From assembly GCF_009914755.1 (NCBI RefSeq), contig NC_060940.1: a DNA stretch of 64,000 bases. One strand, given 5' to 3'. The number at the start of each line of letters is the position of its first letter. Positions within the stretch are counted from its first letter, which is position 1. Shown piece by piece: positions 52,841-64,000 of the stretch. This DNA is from the human T2T-CHM13v2.0 reference genome, Homo sapiens. The notes beneath the pieces are model-generated. The model had not been told where the DNA came from and did not search any database. It saw only the letters and a list, made by a program, of their open reading frames with translations. The position numbers were made by a program, and so were the translations under genes.

Positions 52841-53249
52841 TTCTGTAGCTCCCTGCCTGAGACAACGGGGACTCCCAGGACACAGGAAGAACAACCTTGC
52901 TCTGAGGAATTGAGGAGGGCAGTAGCTTCCCAACCTATCCTGGAAAGCAGCATATCTCATTTACTGGTGTGTGCTAGAATATGGACTTCACAAATACACC
53001 CTTGGGTCTGAAAGTCAGTTCCAGCACTTATTAACTGGTTTGGGCAACACGTTTTATGTCTCCGAGCCTTCTTTTTCTCTATGTACAAAATGTAGGCAGT
53101 ACTGGCCACCTACATTTTGTAATAGTTTCCTTCCCTTCTGTGCCCTTCTCCTCTTTTCTTTCCCCCTTCTTTCCTCCCTCCTTCTCCCTCTTTTTCTCTG
53201 TTTCTTTTTCCATAATTAACTGGTTATTCTTCTATTAAGAGGTAGACTA

Positions 53250-53557
<308 letters not shown>

Positions 53558-53878
53558 GTGAGACTAAGAATCCTGATAGATACATACAGTGCCACTGTAA
53601 GGAATAAATGAGTGTGGTAAATTCTTATAATTTTATGGTTCTATTTGCTTTTTTTATTTCAATAGTTTTTGGGGTATAGGTAGTTTTTGGTTACATGGAT
53701 GAAGTCTTTAGTGGCGAATTCTGAGATTTTATTATACCTGTCATTTGAGCAGTGTACACTGTACCCAGTATGTAGTCTTTTATCTCTCCCACCTCCCAAT
53801 GTCACCCCACCCCAAGTCCCCAAAGTCCATTATGTCACTCCATATGTTTTTGCATCCTTATACCTTAGCTTCCACTTA

Positions 53879-54301
<423 letters not shown>

Positions 54302-54787
54302 GGAAGAACATACAGTATTTGGTTTTCCATTCCTGTTACTTCACATAGAATAATGACCTCCAGCTCCATCCAAGTTGCTGCAAAAGACATTGTTTTGTTC
54401 CTTTTTATGACTGAGTATTCTATGGTGTATATACACCACATTTTCTTTATTTACTCCTTGGTCAATGGGCATGTAGTTTGGTTTCATATCTTTGCAATTG
54501 CAAATTGTGCTGCTATAAACATGTATGCATATGTCTTTTTCAAATGACTTTTCTTCCTTTGTGTAGATACCCAGTAGTGGGATTGCTGGATCAAATGGTA
54601 GGTCTACTTTTAGTTCTTTGAGGCACACTGTTTTACAAAGTAGTTGTACTAATTTACATCGCCATCAGCAGTGTAAACGTGTTCCCTTTTCACCACATCC
54701 ATGCCAATATCTATTGTTTTTTGACTCTAATTATGGCCATTCTTGCAGGAGTAAGGTGGAATCTCATTGTGGTTTTAATTTGCGTTT

Positions 54788-55853
54788 GTATGGTTCCATT
54801 TTGAATACAAGTTACACTTTCCCATACCAGAAGCAGGGCTTAGTTCCAATTTGCAGTTCTCCACCTCCTCCCAGTTCCTCAGTGTCATCCATCCAGATGT
54901 CTGCCCTATCCTGGTGACCACCCCACCATGGGATAGCTAGATATAACCTGCCTGACTCACTCCAGTGAACCCCACAGCCTGCCTGTGCTGTGCAGATATG
55001 CCGCAGTGATCACCTCTCAATTACAGCCCGACCCGTGCCTGCTTGCTTTAAACCAGGGCTGTCCAACCTTTTGGCTTCCCTGGGCCACATGGGAAGAAGA
55101 GGAGTCATCTTGGGCCACACATAAAATACACTAATGCTAATGAAAGCTGATGAGCTAAACAAAAAAAAAAAAAATACAAAAAAAATACAAAAAAATCTCA
55201 GTGTCTTAAGAAAGTTTACGAATTTGTATTGGGCCACATTCCAAGCCATCCGAGGCCACATGCAGCCTGTGGGCCGTGAGTTGGTCAAGCTTGCTTTAAA
55301 GCCACCAGTGGGAACTCCTCACAGGAAACTTGCTGGGGTGATTCCCTGGACCCAAGTAAAGGCTTTAGTCCTGCAGATCCTTCTCTCTCTTGCTCCCCAC
55401 CCACTGGATGAGCTCCCTGCTGCCTTTGGACGTCCCGTCAACCCTGTGGTCACCACTCTTCTCTCTGGACCTGTGAGTCAGAAAGCGCTGCTGTGGTTTC
55501 CTGTGTTTTGTTGCACTGCCAGCTCTGTGTCTCACCTGACCCACACACCTGAGCCTGACTCTCCTCCTGGTCAGGGCTCTCCTCCCAGAAAGTGGCCGTG
55601 TTGGTAAGAACAAACTGGACACAGGTCAGCACCAGCAAAAGGGTGTCTGCCAGTACGAACAAGTCATGTGGGAGAGGAACACCTGGTAACCAGCTGGACA
55701 CAGGCTTTAGGTCGTCCACCAGAAAAAGAAGAATCCCATGAAAGGCACGTTCCAAACGCCCACTTCTCCTGGAGTCCCATCAGGACAGGGCTAGAGTTTA
55801 TAGATCCTTGACCAAGAGAGACTTCAAGACCAAGTCAGAGCAAAATCCCAACA
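54788..55853 (+). mobile_element. ERVL-type LTR (MER54-like)
   Basis: Motifs aaactggacacaggtcag and cagggctagagtttatag; ends ..CCCAACA. Family recalled from memory. Confidence 0.55.
55054..55293 (+). mobile_element. MER30 (hAT non-autonomous DNA transposon)
   Basis: Imperfect TIRs CAGGGCTGTCCAAC and GTTGGTCAAGCTTG; 8 bp TSD CTTTAAAC/CTTTAAAG. Confidence 0.85.
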
Positions 55854-56289
55854 ATGAGATAACGTAAAATACCTAGGACAAAGCAAAAATGCTAGGGGAG
55901 GCAGAGAATGAAAAATACCTTGTTTCCTAACTGCTGATTTACTAAGACAAGAGGGTCAACAGGAGACAGCAAGTCACTCAGAAGTAGTCATGGAGATAAA
56001 TATATATATAACTGATTTATTTTTATATATAATAAAAATAAATAAAAGATATATATTATATAACATATATCATTTATTTTACATAGCACTTATTATATAT
56101 CACTTATGTATTTTATATATAATAAAAATAAATAAAATATATAATTATATATCTTATTTTATTTATAAAAATAGAAGATATATAACTATACATAATATAT
56201 AAAGATATATATCATTGAATTATATATATAATATATATTATCTATTTTATATATATATAATTTATATATATATAATTATATATAATATA

Positions 56290-57120
56290 TATTATAAATA
56301 TATTATATATATATTATAAATATATATTATAAATATATTATATATTATAAATATATATTATAAATATATTATATATTATAAATATATATTATAAATATAT
56401 TATATATTATAAATATATATTATAAATATATTATATATTATAAATATATATTATAAATATATTATATATTATAAATATATATTATAAATATATTATATAT
56501 TATAAATATATATTATAAATATATTATATATTATAAATATATATTATAAATATATTATATATTATAAATATATATTATAAATATATTATATATTATAAAT
56601 ATATATTATAAATATATATTATAAATATATATTATAAATATATATTATAAATATATTATATATTATAAATATATATTATAAATATATTATATATTATAAA
56701 TATATATTATAAATATATTATATATTATAAATATATATTATAAATATATTATATATTATAAATATATATTATAAATATATATTATAAATATATTATATAT
56801 TATAAATATATATTATAAATATATTATATATTATAAATATATATTATAAATATATTATATATTATAAATATATATTATAAATATATTATATATTATAAAT
56901 ATATATTATAAATATATTATATATTATAAATATATATTATAAATATATTATATATTATAAATATATATTATAAATATATTATATATTATAAATATATATT
57001 ATAAATATATTATATATTATAAATATATATTATAAATATATTATATATTATAAATATATATTATAAATATATTATATATTATAAATATATATTATAAATA
57101 TATTATATATTATAAATATA
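56290..57120. repeat. AT-only minisatellite, 31 bp unit TATATTATAAATATATATTATAAATATATTA, about 25 copies
   Basis: Period read directly; occasional extra 13 bp subunits. Confidence 0.95.
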
Positions 57121-57540
57121 TTATATATAAATATATATTATATAGTATAAATATATTATATATAAATATATATTATATAGTATAAATATATTATATATAA
57201 ATATATATTATATAGTATAAATATATTATATATAAATATATATTATATAGTATAAATATATTATATATAAATATATATTATATAGTATAAATATATTATA
57301 TATAAATATATATTATATAGTATAAATATATTATATATAAATATATATTATATAGTATAAATATATTATATATAAATATATATTATATAGTATAAATATA
57401 TTATATATAAATATATATTATATAGTATAAATATATTATATATAAATATATATTATATAGTATAAATATATTATATATAAATATATATTATATAGTATAA
57501 ATATATTATATATAAATATATATTATATAGTATAAATATA
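57121..57540. repeat. 35 bp minisatellite TTATATATAAATATATATTATATAGTATAAATATA, 12 copies
   Basis: A single G recurs every 35 nt from 57145 to 57530. Confidence 0.97.
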
Positions 57541-57837
57541 TTATATATAAATATATATTATATATTATATTATTATTCTATATGTTGGGATTTTTATATA
57601 ATATATAATAGATAACACATATTATATATATTATATATGTTGGGATTTTTATATATTATATATAATAAAGATATATATGTGTTATTTATTTTTATATATA
57701 AAAATAAATGATATATATATTTATCTCCAGGACTACTTCTGAGTGATTTGCCATCTTCTGTTGATATATAATATATGTAATGTTATATTTTTATATAATA
57801 TAAAGATATATATAAATTAAATATATATATATATTTT

Positions 57838-58420
<583 letters not shown>

Positions 58421-58542
58421 AGCCTCTTCTCAAAAAAATCACAATATGTGAACATATTCCCAATAGAAAATTATTTTATAAATATAGCACTTAAAAAAAA
58501 ATCAAAAGTCTCATTTTAGCACCAGTCACTCCCAACTCAGAC

Positions 58543-59898
58543 TTTCCATGGCAGGCCAGGTCTCATTAACATAGGCCTCCATAAGTGTCTCAGCACTGAC
58601 TGAGTGGTTAAAAGCTGAGAGAGCCAGTGCCCTTATTCAAAGGCTGGAATGTAACAAAAGTCCACCAAGAGTTTTGCGTAGGCTTTTCCTGGGCCTTATA
58701 AAGCATGACAAGATAACGAAGGAATTCTTAATGGGACCTGTTTAGGATTAAACAAGTTTCATTGGGGGTCTGAAAAAACTCCCCAGGCCTCCAATGAAGA
58801 AGTTTATTGGGGGTCCTGTTAGAGCAGTGGGAGAGAAGAGAAGGAAGACGAAACAAGAGAGTGGCTCAAACACTTGAGACTGGTTTATTGAGAGTAAACC
58901 TGAGAAGGGCTTCTGGCTGGCAGGATCAGGAGCAAACTTCTCTTACAGCCTGAGGCATTTAAAAAGGGCCCAGTGGGGGCAGTGTGCTCTGGGTGTGGTT
59001 CCTATGGGGGAGGGGTTAGGGGAGTGCTGGCTGGTTGGGACTGCTGGGGACTTTGATAAGCTTGCTTAGGGTTGTTATGCTCTGTTGAAGATATAGGTGG
59101 GGCTGACTTTTGCAGTTTGGTCAGGTGGCAATGGACAGTTCTGAGAAATGGAAACTTGATAGTTTAAGGTGGTGGAGTCTTGTTAAGATGGTGGTACTCT
59201 TGTCCCATCAGGTCTGAAGGAATTCCCCAAACCTCCATGATTTAGCAGGAGACAAGATAAGGGTAATCACCCCAGCACCTGGAGCCATTTAGATTAAGTA
59301 AATTTATAGAGGAAGGTCTTCAGGATTGAGACCTTAGTTATAGATTAAAAGAAGTTAGCTGGGTGCGGTGGCTCAAGCCTGTAATCCCAGCACTTTGGGA
59401 GGCTGAGGTGGGTGCATTACCTGAGTTCAGGAGTTGGAGACCAGCCTGGCCAACATGGTGAAACCCTGTCTCTACTAAAAATGCAAAAATTAGCCGGGCA
59501 TGGTGGCACGTGCCTGTAATCACAGCTGCTTGGGTGGCTGAGGCAGGAAAATCACTTGAACCCAGGAGGCAGAGGTTGCAGTGAGCCAAGATAGCGCTCC
59601 TGTACTCCAGCCTGGGTGACAGAGCAAGACTCTGTCTCAAAAAAAGAAAAAAGAAAAAAGAAAAAAAGTTAATCACTTATGTCTTCAGATGAATGTAGAC
59701 TTACATGTAGACATATAGGTTAGAAGGTATATAAGCACTGGAAAACTTTCTAATTTTGAGTTAGTCTGGTGATATTTTCCAGGTCTTCTCCCTGTAACCA
59801 GTTACCCAAATAAAAATTCCCTCCTTTCCCAGTTCATCTGCATGTTGTTATTGGGCCACTGGAATAAGCAGCCCGACCCTCAGTTTGGTCTGGGAACA
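58543..59898 (+). mobile_element. MER4-group LTR (MER49-like), interrupted by a solo LTR and an Alu (59358-59668)
   Basis: catggcaggccaggtctc start, TATA-like box, AATAAA near 59809, end ..GGGAACA. Family recalled from memory. Confidence 0.6.
58817..59210 (-). mobile_element. Solo LTR, family unassigned
   Basis: TG...CA termini, AATAAA on the - strand near 58885, TSD GGTCC/GGTCT. Confidence 0.75.
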
Positions 59899-60110
59899 TT
59901 TCTGCTGAGGAGGCAACTACTCTTACCAGTTGGGTATATTTTCTTCCAGGCTTTTCAGGGCAGTTATCGGTGTAGAATCCTGACAGATTGCTCTCAAGGC
60001 TTCACCACTCCACACTTCCAACAGAGAATGGCGTGTGCCTTCCCCATCACTGGTTTTTTATTGTCAATAAAGTGAGGCAAAATTTTAAATCTGATGAAAT
60101 TCTGTGTCTG

Positions 60111-61344
<1,234 letters not shown>

Positions 61345-61579
61345 TCCGCTCTAGACTAATCTTATGTCCTGTGGTTGATGAATCGGGAATCTCAGGTGAA
61401 TAGGAAAAATTGTTGGATTGGGAGGAGATTCTGGTTTCTGGTTTCCCTGGCTCTCATTTAATATGTAACCCTGAGTAGGTAGCTTTCCCTTCCTAAATCA
61501 GTTTCCTCAACTATAATGAGAGGATTTAGATCTCCAAAGTCTCTTTTAGTTCAGACTCTCAAAAAAATCCAAAACACAC

Positions 61580-61852
<273 letters not shown>

Positions 61853-61990
61853 TTATATCAGAGCTGGAAGAATCTGGGAACTCTTACTTTGGGAGATTTG
61901 GGTGAGGTTCTTATGGTCTCCTTCACAGTTTGTTTATTTCAGTTCAATCTGATAGATTCTACCCTCAGACTCTATTTATAGTGATTACTG

Positions 61991-62994
61991 TGTGAAAGGA
62001 AAATACATCTCGGGACCCCAAAAATCACTAAGCAAAAGGGAAAAGTCAAGCTGGGAACTATGTCAGGCAAACCTGCCTCCCATTTTATTCCTAAATAACA
62101 TAGCTACAAAGGTTTGACAACAACAGCAAAAAAAAAAAAAAAAAAAGCTGCATACCTCCCTCACAAGTTTCCCAGAAGGAAATTCCTTGTGGACAAGGGA
62201 CAGACAGAACTCAAAGTCTTCCTTCTGCTCACTTGCGACAAATGCCTATCTGATTGCTTCCTCTGCCCTATTGTTTCACTAAACCAGACTAAGGCCTAAG
62301 TGACTATTCCTCTACCCTCCTCTCACATGTAAATTGCATATTCAGTGGGAGGCTAATCAGAGACTCAAAGGAATGCACCCCTTTGTCTCTCATCTACCTA
62401 TGACCTGGAAGTTCCCACCCTACACCCAGTTGTCCCAATGTCAGAGATGATAAATTAATCTTCAAAAAGCTTTAGTTCTCTGTTCTTTGTTTCTTATGAC
62501 CAACTTCCTTGTACTTCCTTGTCTCCTAGCTACCTGTTCTGTAAACAACCTTCTCGCCTTTGCGGTGCTTAGATAGACAAGTCCTTCTGGCCTAGTAAAG
62601 GACAGTCCCTCTTCCTTCCCATCTAATAGACCCTATTCAGTTTAAACCTTAGCTTAGATTGTGAAGTCCAACCTCAGCCAATGGGGAAAGGACACAGAAG
62701 TGCTAGGAACTGCGTTAGGGATAAAACCCCTGCCCTCCCCCGCTCAGTGTGCTCTTGCAGTCATGACTGGTGCAAGCTGCACCTTTCTGCAGAAGTAAAT
62801 TTGGCTTGCTGAGAAATCTTTTGTTTGAGTGCTCATTTTCTTTATGACTCTGAGCTCTTATTTCTAACACCACCTTTCCAGGCCAAACCAATGTACATCG
62901 TACACATATTGATTGATGTCTCATATCTCCCTAAAATGTATAAATCCAAGCTGTGCCCCAACCACAGTAGGCACGTGTCATCTGGACTTCCTAA
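61991..62994 (+). mobile_element. MER4-type LTR, interrupted twice
   Basis: Start TGTGAAAGGAAAATA..CCAAAAATCACTAAGC..GGGAAAAGTCAAGCTGGGAAC; resumes at 62870. Confidence 0.8.
62439..62869 (+). mobile_element. LTR10-family solo LTR
   Basis: TG...TTTCTAACA; 3' half homologous to the other LTR10 copies; TSD CCAA/CCAC. Confidence 0.8.

Positions 62995-64000
<1,006 letters not shown>

Noticed and set aside
55134-55755. 157 aa and 101 aa ORFs
   Set aside because: They span MER30 and LTR sequence and have no recognisable domain.

Overview
Primate (human or great ape) genomic DNA made almost entirely of transposon remains. The one host gene I can support is the 3' half of ATF7IP2 (MCAF2) on the + strand. 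Six GT-AG exons (15048-15205, 29788-29861, 31157-31212, 31601-31667, 38536-38621, 39457-39870) splice in frame to 284 aa containing an IIDLT SUMO-interacting motif and the C-terminal fibronectin type III domain, followed by a 3' UTR of about 1.4 kb. Two defective HERV-IP10/LTR10 proviruses with tRNA-Pro-type primer sites flank these exons. One is antisense and nested in an L1PA7/8-like element (1-5531); the other has both LTRs and lies just downstream of the gene (43390-52840). I see no new coding gene or new biological system; nearly all ORFs in the track derive from Alu, L1 or ERV sequence. The most unusual structures are: a full-length U6-Alu chimeric retrocopy inside a single TSD (53878-54310); a 1.8 kb AT-rich minisatellite bracketed by inverted arms, resembling a PATRR (55956-57764); a 149 bp inverted copy of pro inside gag of the downstream provirus; an L1-in-L1 insertion with two twin-priming inversions sharing a TSD with an Alu (34155-37944); an intronic L1 whose antisense-promoter splice donors face the ATF7IP2 exons; and a dense nest of LTRs (LTR10A AP-1 sites, MER41B GAS, LTR7). 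Subfamily names come from recalled consensus sequences, and repeat boundaries are approximate unless a TSD is quoted.
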